A stretch of 64,000 bases of DNA from Vicugna vicugna (Eukaryota). Location: NCBI GenBank assembly GCA_013265495.1, contig MU058384.1, positions 6,072,792 through 6,136,791 of the forward strand, written 5' to 3'. The position numbers and the translations under genes are program-made. The notes under the pieces are model-generated. The model searched no databases. It was not told the DNA's origin and saw only the letters and a list, made by a program, of their open reading frames with translations. How positions within the stretch are numbered: the first letter of the stretch is position 1; each line of letters begins with the position of its first letter. Shown here piece after piece: positions 40,688 through 53,269 of the stretch.

Positions 40688-40952
40688 GAGGCAGCAGAGG
40701 GCAGCGTCTAACGGTGCAGGCTCTGAACTGAGATCACCTGCGCTCAAATCCCAGCCTGACCATCAGCAAACTACACTAACTGTGCGAGCTGCCTCACTTT
40801 CCTGTGCCCAGACTCCTGATCTAAAAACGGAGATAATAATAGTACCTACTTCCAGGACAGTATGAGCTCTAAATGAATTAGTATGTAAGCATCGAGATTC
40901 TAGACTATTGCCTGACACATTAAGCATTGAATAGATATGAATCTTATTATTG
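40688..40952 (+). mobile_element. MIR SINE
   Basis: caggctctgaactgaga...ctcaaatcccagc...aaaacggagataataatagtacctacttc...tgcctgacacattaagc. Confidence 0.75.
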
Positions 40953-42644
40953 TCATATGTTCCTTTCTTTCCTCCCTCTCTTGCTTTTTTTCCTTCCTGC
41001 CTTCCTTCCTTCCTTTTTTGTTCTTTGTGTTTGTTTGGGATCCAATTTTCTCATTTTCTCCTCTATTAGTTTCATATTTACTAACAACTCATAATGTTCC
41101 AGACACAGAGAAGGCCCTTCTCTGAGGACTCACACAAACAAATACCTCCTCTCAAAGGTCATGTTGATGTGACATTTGGAGATGGAGTAAACAGCTGCAT
41201 TGTGGCGGTGATCGTGCTCTGGAATTTGGCTGCAACGCAGTCCTCTATTGCTTGGAATGTAGAATAATGATCTCTCGAATCCCATCCAAAGTGGGTAGAG
41301 CTTTTCTCGAATAGCATTTGTGCTGTGACTCTGAGCATGGCACTGCTGTGGGCTTCAGAGTCGTTTCTTCATGGTCAATATTACCCGACAGAGAGAGTGA
41401 TTTCAGAGCCTTGCTCTGAGCTAGTCTTTTCTGCTGGAGAAAAGAGGAATCCAGGCTGGATTTTGGCAGTATGTGATTTTACCCTCCAAGTTAGATTTCT
41501 CTGGAAATTTGACTGCTATGCCCCTTCCAATAGTTTGAAAAGAATAAAAATGGGAACCACTGGCTCTTCTACAGAACATTTGATTGCTTATGGCCAGAGT
41601 TATAGTACAGGCATTCAAAATGGTCTGTCAATGTGTGTCTGAGTTCACTTTCAGTCAAATGAAATTCTAAGAAAAAAAATGCAAGTAGGAGTGTGTGTGT
41701 CTGTTGTGTCTGTCTGTTTGCTGTAGGGAGAAACCACAAGGGCAATTTGAAAATCTGCTTAGCCTCCTAACTCGAATTAAGGAGAAAAATCAAATATTTA
41801 TCTGCAAGCAAACACTTAATTAAGTAAATGTGGGCAAAGGCTTTAATTTTTTTGTTTTTGTGATTGGTTTTTACTACAGCCTAAGAATTGGATTTGGTCA
41901 TGAATAGGCCCTGACACGCTGGATAATGTGGCATAATCCCTTGCACACAGTTATGTACGTGGTAACTATTTGAAGGATGAACAAGTGAGGAAATGTATTC
42001 ATGAGTGTGAATGATGTGTGATGTAACATAGAATTGCCTAGAAACATTTTCTGGAGGCAGACACTCGTGAGTTCATCGGCCAAGGGAGATGGAATGCGAG
42101 AAAGTCAAAAAGATAAAAGGCTAGAATAAGAAATCTTCAAAGGAATAGCAAGTTCTGGTTATAAATTTAGAAATTTTAGTTCTGTTGTTATTGGCCTAGT
42201 GACACTTGAAAACCATTTGAGAGACTATTTTTTGGTGGTGATGGATGGAGAGAAAGAATAACTTACAAATGGAAGCATATTAGAAACTTAAGATGATTCT
42301 AAACCTGAGATTCAGACTTGTCCAGCCACGTTTTCCCCAAGATCAAGTCTTTTATATTCATTGAAAACCAGAAAATGAGAGAAAATTTTTTAAAAACAAG
42401 ATTTCTTTCTTACTTATTTCAATACTGGAAAATGTTTAAGCAACAATAAAGCAAATTTCAAAAAACACCTATCATACACTGAAGGCACATTTAGTCAGGG
42501 CCTTGTGCTTCGTGCTTCGACGAATTAAGGAATCTAGACCTTGATTTCAAGTAATTCACTCTTCAAAGGAAAAAGAAATCAAGGAAACAAATTAGTATTG
42601 ACATAAAACTATAAAGTAAATAAAGGAGTTTTCTTTTCAAGGGT

Positions 42645-43068
42645 TGTATCAGTCAGGGTTCAATCAGACAAACAGAGCAGTAGGAGATACGAAATTTATT
42701 TCGAAGAATTTGCTTTCACAATTCTGAGTCCTAGCAAAGTAAGTTCAAAATTCGTAATGCAGGCCATCAGGAAGGGCAGACTTGAATGTTCTGGGTACAG
42801 TTTGAAGTTGTTAACCACAGGCACAGTTTCCTTTTCCTCAGAACTTAAGGAGACCTTAGTTCTGATCTTAAGATGGCCTTAAGGCCATCCAACTGATTGA
42901 TTCAGACCTACATAGGCTCTTAAGGATATTCTGTCTACTTACAGTTGACTGATGATGGACTTCAGGCACATCTACGACATACCTTCACCACAATGCCTAG
43001 ATTAGTGTTTGATTAAATAACTTGGGGCTACAGCCCAGCCAAGTTGACACATAAAACTGACCATCACA
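42645..43068 (-). mobile_element. MLT2-type (MLT2D-like) ERVL 3' LTR
   Basis: tgtatcagtcagggttcaatcagacaaacagagcagtaggagata...cctagattagtgtttga...gcccagccaagttgacacataaaactgaccatcaca. Confidence 0.85.
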
Positions 43069-43710
43069 CAGTCAAGCCTTGCCAACTAGACATTCACACG
43101 TTACCTTCTTAAACTATATTTAATCTCCAAATAAAGAGAATGACAAAGTCATACTTCTGTCTAACATGGCACAGCTATCCTCCAGACCACTGATAAATTG
43201 CTAATCCTTCCCCCAGAAGAGGATGTAAAATCCGTGGGTCATGTTTTCTCTTCTCCCTCACTCTTCTCCTTAAGGCAATTTATACAGAGCTAGAACTGGA
43301 AATTTGAAGCCCTAAGCTTATCCTCTTGTTCTCCCACATTTGCTGATGTATTTAAGAGCAACCTGCCAATCCCAATTATACTCCTTAGTTTGACCAGAGT
43401 GTCCTAAGATGTCAAGTACACGATAACCCTCAAGCTTACCTTCTATTCATATTTAAGTAGGAAAATCCAATGGCAATATTTTGTGTATCTCCATTACCAC
43501 ATCATGCCAAGGACTACCAGGGCCTTTTTTATACCAGAAATAGAATTATTAGTGCCTTTAAATGTAATCACATTATAAAACCAATTCCAGAAAACCCAGA
43601 ACCATTTCAGAAAACTCATCCTTAAGATTCTCGTCCTCTAGAATCACTTCCCACAGCAAAATCTGTCTCAGTCATAGTTCCACCAGAGAAACAGAACTAC
43701 TCGGTGATTA
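43069..43710 (-). mobile_element. Collapsed ERVL internal region plus the U5 end of the 5' LTR
   Basis: PPT-adjacent cagtcaagccttgccaact next to the 3' LTR; leader ccagaaaacccagaaccatttcagaaaactcatccttaagattc...ctctagaatcac; second LTR end tgtctcagtc...ccagagaaacagaac at 43664. Confidence 0.7.
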
Positions 43711-43738
43711 CACTTTACCACCAACACATCACACCCCC

Positions 43739-43787
43739 AACACAACATTGTAAACTGACTGTACTTCAATAAAAATATATTTTAAAA
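43739..43787 (+). mobile_element. Very short camelid-type L1 3' terminus
   Basis: acacaacattgtaaactgactgtacttcaataaaaa; imperfect TSD aacacatcacaccccc / aacatatcaccccc. Confidence 0.75.
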
Positions 43788-44169
43788 AACATATCACCCC
43801 CTTGTCACAGCACACCATTACCTCCTGACACATGTGACTCCATGATCTCATCACATTATCATCACACCAAACCATCATCAAACTACACCCTAATCACACT
43901 AGACCATCATCAAAATAAACTGTTCACCTCACATCGTCATTACCATATGTCATCTCCACCAGCACAGAGGCAGCATCATAAAGATCACTTTTTCTATCAA
44001 ATTAGATTAATGCGAAAGCATATTAGGTTATGGCTGTGCTTACCTAAAACAGTAAAATTTTGGGTGAAGAGTCAAAATCAATTTGTATTTATCTAATGAA
44101 CACCATTCCCACACTACTCTTATCATTCACATTAGTCCTACTAAACTGGTATAGCCTTTCAGCTTTTCA

Positions 44170-44325
44170 TATACATATCATCTAATTTAATCCTTGCAAC
44201 AATCTTCCAAGATATTTATTATTACCTCCATATAGTAGATGAGTAAACTGGCTCACCGAGTTGGTAAATTGTAGATTCAAAATTCTAATTAATATCTGCT
44301 TGTTTCTAAGTCCTGTGCTTCTTAC
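44170..44325 (-). mobile_element. MIR fragment
   Basis: tctaatttaatccttgcaacaatc...tattattacctccatatagtagatgagtaaactggctca. Confidence 0.6.
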
Positions 44326-46724
44326 CTAACATTTGGTGTTAAATTTGCAAATACACACCACTTTTTTTGGATCAACAAATGGCTTTTATATGTCAGTAAC
44401 CTATTTACACAAATAGAAAACTTCATACATCAAATAGACTTATCTCTACAGCTAAATTATGTGAGATAAAGCCAAAAGTACTGGGTTCAGCATTTGAAAA
44501 CTTTAAGATGTTTTTCAAAATATTAGAATAGTTGGATGACACGGTCCTTTATTTGTCTCTTGCTTGATGTGCTTTGGTGTAGGACATAGTGCCACACAAT
44601 AAATGCATCTTGATAAAGTAAATTAATTTCTCTGAACATTCATATATCAACACAGTACCTGTAAATAAGTGGCATGGAGTCCATGGGCAATTCAGAGAAT
44701 AGTGTCACCCAGCACATGATAACGATCTAGGAGGCAAATGGCAAATGACAACCTATTTCTATTTAACTTTCAGTAGAAAAGTAGTTGATGGAAAAATTAA
44801 ACTAGACAGTTCACCATGGAAAAAGAATTTTAAATGAGGGTAAGTAAAGTGCAATGAAATAATCTGGAAAATAACTAGAAACCTTTAAAACAATGAATAA
44901 TAAATAAATGTTATCTGGATGGAACTGACAGTTTTTAATGAGCCGTATGTAATTTATTTGTGTCCTGATGAGCCCGTAATTTTCTCCAAAGCTCATATCC
45001 AAAATTTTTTTCTCCGTAATGAAGATAAAGTAGCACACATACCAAAAATCATTTGAAAGATGCTATAATTTAATCCAAAAAGATAGTGAAGACCTGTGTC
45101 CATTTGGGGGGAGCTTGTATTTTATTGCATAACGTGGTTTACAACAAAAAGTTGGCACAGAATAGCAGTTTATTCCATAAGCAGCCAATATATTTGCTAA
45201 CATGTTAGTTCTTTTGGTCCTAATCACATTGCAATCTTTTGGGATCATTTCAATAACAATAATTTCAACAATTAATAATATCTAACTGAAAAAAAGACCT
45301 CATGACCGAGTTGCACAGTTATGTTCTATAGAAACTTTATGGGGTATGTGTCCTTCGTTTTGATGTTTGACAGGCAAAAGGGTTCACTCTCCTGATACGC
45401 TACTAAACAATTCGTGGGTGGTATTTGAGAACTCTGGCTAAAGGAGATAATATCTAAGTTTCAAATACAAATCTTGCCTAATGCAAAGAAGAAAATCATA
45501 TAAGAAGAGAGGACAGTTTCATTTCTACCATATATATTTCAACCCAAGGGGCTCATTTGAGCCTACCTGAGCTGTTAATAGATGTGCTAAACTCCCTTTA
45601 CAATTCAATACCTCTCTAAAGTGATTTGTGACATTTATTTTCATAAATTATACATTAGTCATTTATTCTTAAAATTCTATACACCAGATAATCTAATCCA
45701 TGAAATCTGGAATCTTTAGGTAAATGGTATTTCCCTTACCCATTGCTTGGAAGAATGTTAGTGTGTTAATAACATGAATGCCATTATTTCACTAAACAAG
45801 TGTTCAGACAAGGTACTTTTTCAGATGGTTAAACTTCAAAGATCAGTCAGACCTGGCATCAAGTTCTTACCATACTGTGGAAAAGATAGATGGGTAAATA
45901 AATAAACATAGCCAAGTATGGTCAGCGCTAAAATTGGATAAGACAATGATACACTCCTAAGGGAGAATGGAGATGACGAGGTCTCTGTGGAGAATTTTCT
46001 TGAATTGGGACTTATGTAATGTAGGTGTTCCTCAGATAGTTTAGAGGGAACACATATTTATATTCATGAAATACTAAAGTACAAAAAAAATGCTTAATAT
46101 TAAGTAAGAGGTAGAACTTTTGCACAGATGCTTGTGGAGAGATTTATGGAAGTCTCAGTTACATTCCTGGCTTTCAATCATGGGATGGTAGAACTTAGTT
46201 TTGGCTAGTTAACTAGGAAAGCATTGGCTTGGAATGGAAGTAAATGATGTGGGAGTTTGAATGTGAAGTGCTAGAATGCTCTTTCGCCTCCTCTTCATGA
46301 TCATTACCATCACCACACAGTCATTGTTGTCATCATCATTGTCAGCGTTGTAATTTCTCAGCATGGTCACACTACACCACCATCGCATTCCATTCACATC
46401 GTCTGGAGTGGATAGAAACAGACTTAAACTCTAGTTACCCTCCAGAGTTTGCAGGTGATCATGCTACAGAATCAGTTCCTCGAACGGCTGTGGAGGTGGT
46501 CACAAGAGTGGATGCTGGACAACCACTGAGCAGGACTGTGTCCCACATGATCGCCTCCAGTAAGTCTTGTCTCAGATGGAGGTCTTGTTCTCTCTCTCTC
46601 TCTCTTTCTCATATTTACTAGTGACTTAAAAATCTGTTCACCTTCTCTCTTTGTTTTTTCTTTCTTTTTATATTCTTTAGTTTACTATGTCTAAATAAAG
46701 AAGCAAGATTAAAAGATTACTGTG

Positions 46725-47051
46725 ATTAGACATAGTAAACAAACTCATTGTTACTGGAGGGGAGAGAGAGTAGGGAAGGGGTAAATTGACAGCTCCAGAT
46801 GTGCAAATACTAACTACTATATACAAAATAGATAAAAAACAAATTTCTTCTGTATAGCACAGTAAACTATATTCAATATTTTGTAGTAACCTACAATGAA
46901 AAAGAATATGAGAACAAATAAATGTATGTATACATATGACTGAAACATTATGCTGTACACCAGAAATTGACAATTGTAACTGACTATGCTTCAATTAAAT
47001 AAATAAATAAATAAATAAATTTTTTTAATGTTCTTAATTTAAAAAAATTTT
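46725..47051 (+). mobile_element. Camelid-type L1 3' end with perfect TSD
   Basis: agacatagtaaacaaactcattgttac...atgactgaaacattatgctgtacaccagaaattgaca...(taaa)n; 14-bp TSD aaaagattactgtg at 46711 and 47052, preceded by TT. Confidence 0.9.
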
Positions 47052-47519
47052 AAAAGATTACTGTGCTTGTAGTGCCAATTTGACCACATCAGTTGATTCA
47101 ACTGACCAAAGAACATTAGACTAAAGGCTGGAAGAGCCATTAGGAATCCTTTAGTACAATTTCCTTATTCTACAAATTAAGCCACTTGCTTCCCAAGAGC
47201 ACCAGTGTTTCTCCATCCAGCTAGTCATCGAATTATGTTTACCTGCTGGTTTTCTTCCCTTTATTTCTCACTTTTCAATAGAATCCTCAAGAAAGAGGAT
47301 CTGTCACCAGCTGGAATGAACTCCTCTTTTGGACTAAATTCATATAATGTTTGTTTTTACTTTATAACAGGCTTTACTTTATTTTGTCTTAGAGTCTGGT
47401 TAGTCATTTATGAGCCTGACCTTCTATGTTAGTGAACTGGAAACCTTACTTCTATGTTCTCCATAGTTAGTACATTGCATGCCATGCCATGGCACTTTAG
47501 CTCATGTCTATTTATGATG

Positions 47520-47810
47520 CTAAGCATATAATAAATAAATGACAGTACTAAGTGAGAGATTTAGCAGTGAAAATATGTTCAAAGTAAAGAGAAAGCCGAG
47601 AGGATGGGGAGTGATTACTTTGGTTTGAGGTATCTCAAGGAAGACTTCCTGGAAGAGGTGATATCAAAGCTGGGTTTTACCAGAGGACAGCAGACACCCT
47701 AGGGGAGAGGGATGAGATGGAACAGCACAGGATACACAAAGGCATGAAAGCCATTAAAACACATAGTATGCCTGGCAAAATATAATGTATTTGGAGCATA
47801 CATTTTTGTG
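47520..47810 (-). mobile_element. L2 fragment
   Basis: caaggaagacttcctggaagaggtgatatcaaagctgggttt...caaaggcatgaaag. Confidence 0.6.
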
Positions 47811-47835
47811 GGAAGAAGGATGCTGAAAAATGAGT

Positions 47836-48318
47836 ATGTCAGTTAGATTACCATTCTGCCATCATACTCGGGAACCCAAATTAACCAAACAAGCAGGGGG
47901 TTCATTATTCTCATATAGGCCTGGAAGTTTTGTATTAGTAGATCAACCATGTCAGGGCCAGCGTCCCTGCAATTCTAATACCCTTTTCCTCATGGTCACA
48001 GGATGGCTGCTGTAACGCTAGGCATTGCGTCCTTGCTAAGGTCAGGAAAATGAAAGAAGAGGGGAAGTGGAAGGCATTAGTGTATCTATTCCCTTGCCCT
48101 AAGAAGAACAAAATCCTTTTCAGAAGTTCTTTCACTGATTCTGTCTGCAACTCTCTCTTTGGCAAGCACTGTGTCACTTGGCAGCCTATGACACAGGGCA
48201 ACCCAAAGGGAAGTTGGGAGGGTGACAGTTTAGCTTTTCAGGTTCTACTGCAGAGCACTCAGGGCGAAGAGCAGTTTAGAGTGAATGTCAGATTAGCTAA
48301 CAACCGCGTCTGCTACTG
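47836..48318 (-). mobile_element. MaLR solo LTR (MLT1J/K-like)
   Basis: gtcagttag...cctcatggtcacaggatggctgctg...ggcaagcactgtgtcacttggc...gggaagttgggag...caaccgcgtctgctac. Confidence 0.65.
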
Positions 48319-50301
48319 TGAGCTTTGAAAGAGAAACTAACTCTGTATCATGAAGTTTTGGGGTTTTTTAAATGACAGGTTCACGAACTTTAGTGTTTCC
48401 TTGTATAAAATAGCGTTCCATTGAACAGTTTTGAGGGGTATAATCAAACTTGTATATTAGAATAAGTTGCTAAATGGCTTAACAGCAGAGACGTATCAAT
48501 TTTTCCTTATAAATGTGAAAGGAGTTTGTAGAGAAGTTAATATTTACACACCATTATTCAAACTTTGGTCTCTGACTCCTGACACACACAGTGTCAGTAA
48601 TATCATATTTAAGTATGAAGGATACAATCTCGCTCACACGTGCTCACACACACAGCATACATGCATTTCCCATGCATAGATAAATCAGCAGATTAATCTT
48701 GTTCAGCATGATAACTGCTCCTTCACTTTTCCTAAGTAGCTAACCTGACCAGTTTCCCAGTGGGCAAAGACCACATTTTCATGTTGATGTCCCCATTTTT
48801 ATCTAGTTCCTTTGGAAAAAGCCTTTGATTATTATACTGACTTGCAAATTAACTCCTGAAAATTGATTCAAAACCTCCTCAGTTCCCTGGTTCAAGACTG
48901 TAAAAGCCAATCATTGCTTTGATTAGTGGGTTTATAACTGAATAGGAATGCCCAGCATGATCACACAGGAGCAGCCTAAAAGAGTTTTTCTTCATCCATG
49001 ACCAGTGTGGAAATTTGTAAGAATAAAAAGATTCTGGCGTAAGATCTGAAAGAGGACTTTTCCCAGAACATTCACATTTTTTTTTTAAATAGCCATTTCT
49101 CAGACTTAATCTCAGAAGTGAAAATACTCCACCTTACAAACTATGGAAGAGCATAGATGAGTTTAAATAGCAGAGCCAAAAAAATCACATTTACTGAGTA
49201 TATAGGAATAGAAACAAGAAGAAAATAAGATAATTAAACGTAATTGTTTCAACATCAAATGAGAAGCCATAGAGCTGTGGAGTGTCTCGTGGAGGGTCAG
49301 GAGAACACCAAACAGAGAAAGCTGATGAACAGGAGGAAGGGGGCAAAGTAGATGGTGATGTTGCTGCAGGCATTTCCCGCAATAGCCCTGGTGGGGGGGG
49401 GGTATGCCATCTCCACAGACAGGCTGTCTCTGCACAAAGGGGACAAGCAGAATGTGAAACAAACTGCCAAACTGCACAGTGGGTCAAGAGGGAGCTGGAC
49501 CAATTTTGGGAAACAAGGAGAAGAATGGACAGCTGCTCCCAAGATTTTTATGTTGAGGAGTTAGAGTGCAAAGGAACTAGTATTTCCTGGATAAGTCTAC
49601 ACTGAGTTTCTGTCTTCTCTAAGTCCCAAGCGTTTTACTAATTTTGCTTAAAATCTCATGTCTACATAAACCTGATGTCTTCATCTTCTATATCTAGCAG
49701 CCAATGAGACCAGTATCTGCATATTATTGAAATTTCCACTACATTTCTTAGCTTGGCTTTCTGACTTCCTGGCTCTGGTCAGTCCTTGTAGGATTCTGCA
49801 TTGCAGCCTGGAACTGGAGAAAGGAAAGGAACATCACTTTTACTGGGAGTATATATCTATACCTGTATCTATATTTATATTTTACTCTCAAAACAACAAC
49901 AAGCCTGTGAGCCAGTGGCAAGTCTGCGCAAGAACAGATGACTTGCTTAGAAGCCAAGCTTGTGCTAGAAAGGCATGGCTGAGAACTGTCACTGCTCTGC
50001 AGTTCTGTGGTCAGGAAGGTCCTAGTTATGAATCTCAATAACGGGGAAAGGGCACATGGGACTTCAGCAAACCAATGATATTTATTGAGCTCTCAATGTG
50101 CGTGCAGGACACGATTAGCAATCACTAGGGGAAGAATCAAAAGTAAAAAGAGAATAAATCTCCTTTCACCTAACAGTTTAAAATATAAATAATACATAAG
50201 AATGTTTCAATAATGAAAGACTAAAGATGAAGCGTTAATTATTTGCAATAACATTAAAGCACAGCCTGTGCCCCTACATCCTGAGGAAGGAGCACCTTAC
50301 T

Positions 50302-50485
50302 GATGCTCTGTTGGATACATCAGATTGTTAGGGCTTTTTGGAGAATTGACACCATCATTACATAAATGCCTCTCTTATTTCCTGGTAACTTTCTTCGGTC
50401 TGAAGTCAGCTCTGCCTGAAATTATCATAGCTTCTCTGCTGCTTTCTTTTGAATTAGTGTTAGGATGGTATATATTCCTCCACAC
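50302..50485 (-). mobile_element. L1M ORF2 (endonuclease region) fragment
   Basis: tttttggagaattgacacc...aatgcctctcttatttcctggtaactttc...ctgaagtc...tgaattagtgttaggatggtatat. Confidence 0.65.
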
Positions 50486-52196
50486 TTCACCCTTGCAAAT
50501 ACCTTTGACCAGAAATAGGCTTAGGACCATAATGAATTCACAGAGTATCTGTTTTTTTTCTCTAGAGTTGCTTTTCTAGGTCATTTCTAAAATCATCTTG
50601 GCCATTTTGGCTTCCAGACTTGGACATTCAATTATTAATTCATAATATTCCACAAATATTTATGATACATCTCTCATGCACCATATATGCTCAGTACTAG
50701 GCTCTGTTGATGTAACAGTAAGCAAGATAGACGTTCACCCTGGGGTTATTTTTCAAAAAGACTAGGATGCAGATAATCTCCTCTCCATTCTCAATTTTAT
50801 CATTACAAGATATTTAACTTTCAATAAATTACCTAATCTGGGCCTCAGTGTCTGTAAATGAAAAAAAAAAAAGCTATGGCTTGGGTTGCTTGTTTCAGCT
50901 TTAAAATCCTGATTGTATACTTTTGTCTTTTCTACACTTCAGGCGAAAACAAAAATAAAAAAAAAAACAAAGGAAATCATAATGTCTGCTGCCTAACTTA
51001 TGAATACCTGTAAAGAGAAGTCTTTCATTCCAAAATGTAATTGAGAAGCCTGAAAAGACACTTGACCCAATCTAAAGCAAAAATCAGACCAAGAGACAAA
51101 GAACTCAATTCATATTTTAAAATGAGCTGCAATAAACTGTTCTAAAGCTAATAAAGAAGGAATGGGCCCACGAGTCAATCTGGTAACCATCTATGTGTTG
51201 AAAAAGTAATAGGTATAGAATTTCTAAGACCTTCCCCAAAGCTGTGATTCCAGAAGTGATTGCCACAAAGGAATGGTGTGATGCCGGGTTTGTGAAGAGA
51301 ACAGAAATATAAACATAACGTACTTTGAAAAAAATATTTTTAGAATTAGAAATTAGAGTAAAAAGATAAAGCATGTGCTTTTCTGCTTTCCTCCACTGGT
51401 GGGACTTCTTCCTACAGCGAAAGGCTGCAATCCTGCTCATCTTCCAGTTCAGCCTTTTCTATTCTATATTGTTTCCTCTGATACACGCCAGATTGTATGG
51501 TCCCTTAGCCACAACTATCACTCATTCCAGGGCAAGTTCCCTGTGAATTTGAAGGGTGAGATTTAATCTTCACGTGTTTCAGATGTTCACTCTATTTTTC
51601 TTATCCTTCATGTCAGAAATGTACAAAGTTTATGATAAATTAATTCTTACATGTATTTCTCAGCTTACACTGGGAGATGCTTCTTATCTTTTCAAAATGT
51701 GAGGACTGGGGCCGAGTACAAATGGGTAAGTTTCCTATAATGCTGTTGAGGGGCCATCTGCATCTGTCTCAAGTGGAACAAATAAACCCCCTGTCATGTA
51801 TACACATCAGATACCTGAAGGGACAATTTTGTATTATCAGATATGACATGGGTCTATTTTTCAGCAAAAGCTGTCTCATGTTCTTGGTGACAGATAACAT
51901 TTTTTCTAACTTTCCCTTTTCTTTTCCTGTCCACTTTCTGGCTTGTGTCTCCAAAAGCCCAAGAGCATCAGAAAAACTCACTGGCCTTGCAGAGGAGGGA
52001 GCATGCAGGAGGGGGAGCGGTGCAGTGGGGTGGGGGCATAGTGATTTGGGGCATGTCAGGAGGTAAGGCTCCAGAGTGGGTTTATCAGCCCCAGCAAGGA
52101 TCCTTTGCCTCAAGAATAGCACAGCAGCAGAAGCCAGCCATCTCCCTGAGAATATGGCATAGAAGAATGCACTTACAGCTCAGATGTCCTGCTTAC

Positions 52197-52233
52197 CTAT
52201 GGTCAGGGGCAAGCAAAAACAACCCAAGATTCT
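52197..52233 (-). other. Candidate micro-exon (37 nt)
   Basis: Minus strand tttttttctttag|AGAATC...CCATAG|gtaagc. Confidence 0.2.
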
Positions 52234-53269
52234 CTAAAGAAAAAAATTTTTTTTTTAATTCAGAGAGAGTTGGAAACACATCAGAGGCAAGAGCAAGGAA
52301 ATCTTGTTGGAGATAGAGAAACACCTCCAAACTCATTTGAAAAGAGACAGAATGAGGGATGCTGAGCAAAGAGAGTAACATGGAAGGTAGGAGCTTGTCC
52401 TTAATTAGGGTGCAAAGACTAGAAATTGCCTAAGTGTCTGAGAAAGGACGGAGGTAATGAAAACTTCCTTTTCAGGGACGACACCTGTTGCATTTGGGAG
52501 AATTCAATGTGAGAGGCACTTGGAGATGGTTCCAAGGAGGAGATAACCATGGTGATTCAGGCATGAGTTGAGGAGAGTCTGGGGTGTGGCAAACAAAGTG
52601 GGAATTTTCAGGTAGGATGATCAGCCTGCACTGATGATGGATTAGGGATGTTGGCCAAAGAGAAATAATGTCTTAAAATGATTCAACAACCAGGAGTCTG
52701 GTGCCTGGGATCATTTTGGTGCCATGGAGGGTAACAGAACATTTGGAAGAGATGGAGGGGGACCGAGGGGGAGAAGAGGTGGAGAGGAGGGGATGGCTGT
52801 AATGGAAAGTGAAGATGAAGACATAATTCTACAAATTATCCTACAAACAAAAAAAAAGGTTAGTTACAATGTTTTTATAATCAGAATATTGTGTCTTAAT
52901 AATCATTTAAACCATATCTTACTGATGGGGAAAGGGAGACCCAGGGAGAGTATGGCTCCTTTGCCCAAGACCACTCAGCTGGCCATTGGAGAATGGGCAC
53001 GAGAATGCAACGCCCTGACCCTGTGCATTGGGACCTCACGTACTGCAGCTCTATGGCTCTTGCCTCCATCCCCGGGCCCCATCATGCCTTTTCTCACCCT
53101 CTTCATTTGTAAGGTTCACTCATTTATTAGAAACCTTATTCAAAAAGTTTCTTTCTGCCGCAGTGCCAAAGTTGGCACTATATTTCTTCAGTGCATCAAG
53201 GAAAGGTTAGTTCTAGGAACATTTTTCTAAACTATGTCACTATTTCAAAAATATTCTTTGAGCAAGACA

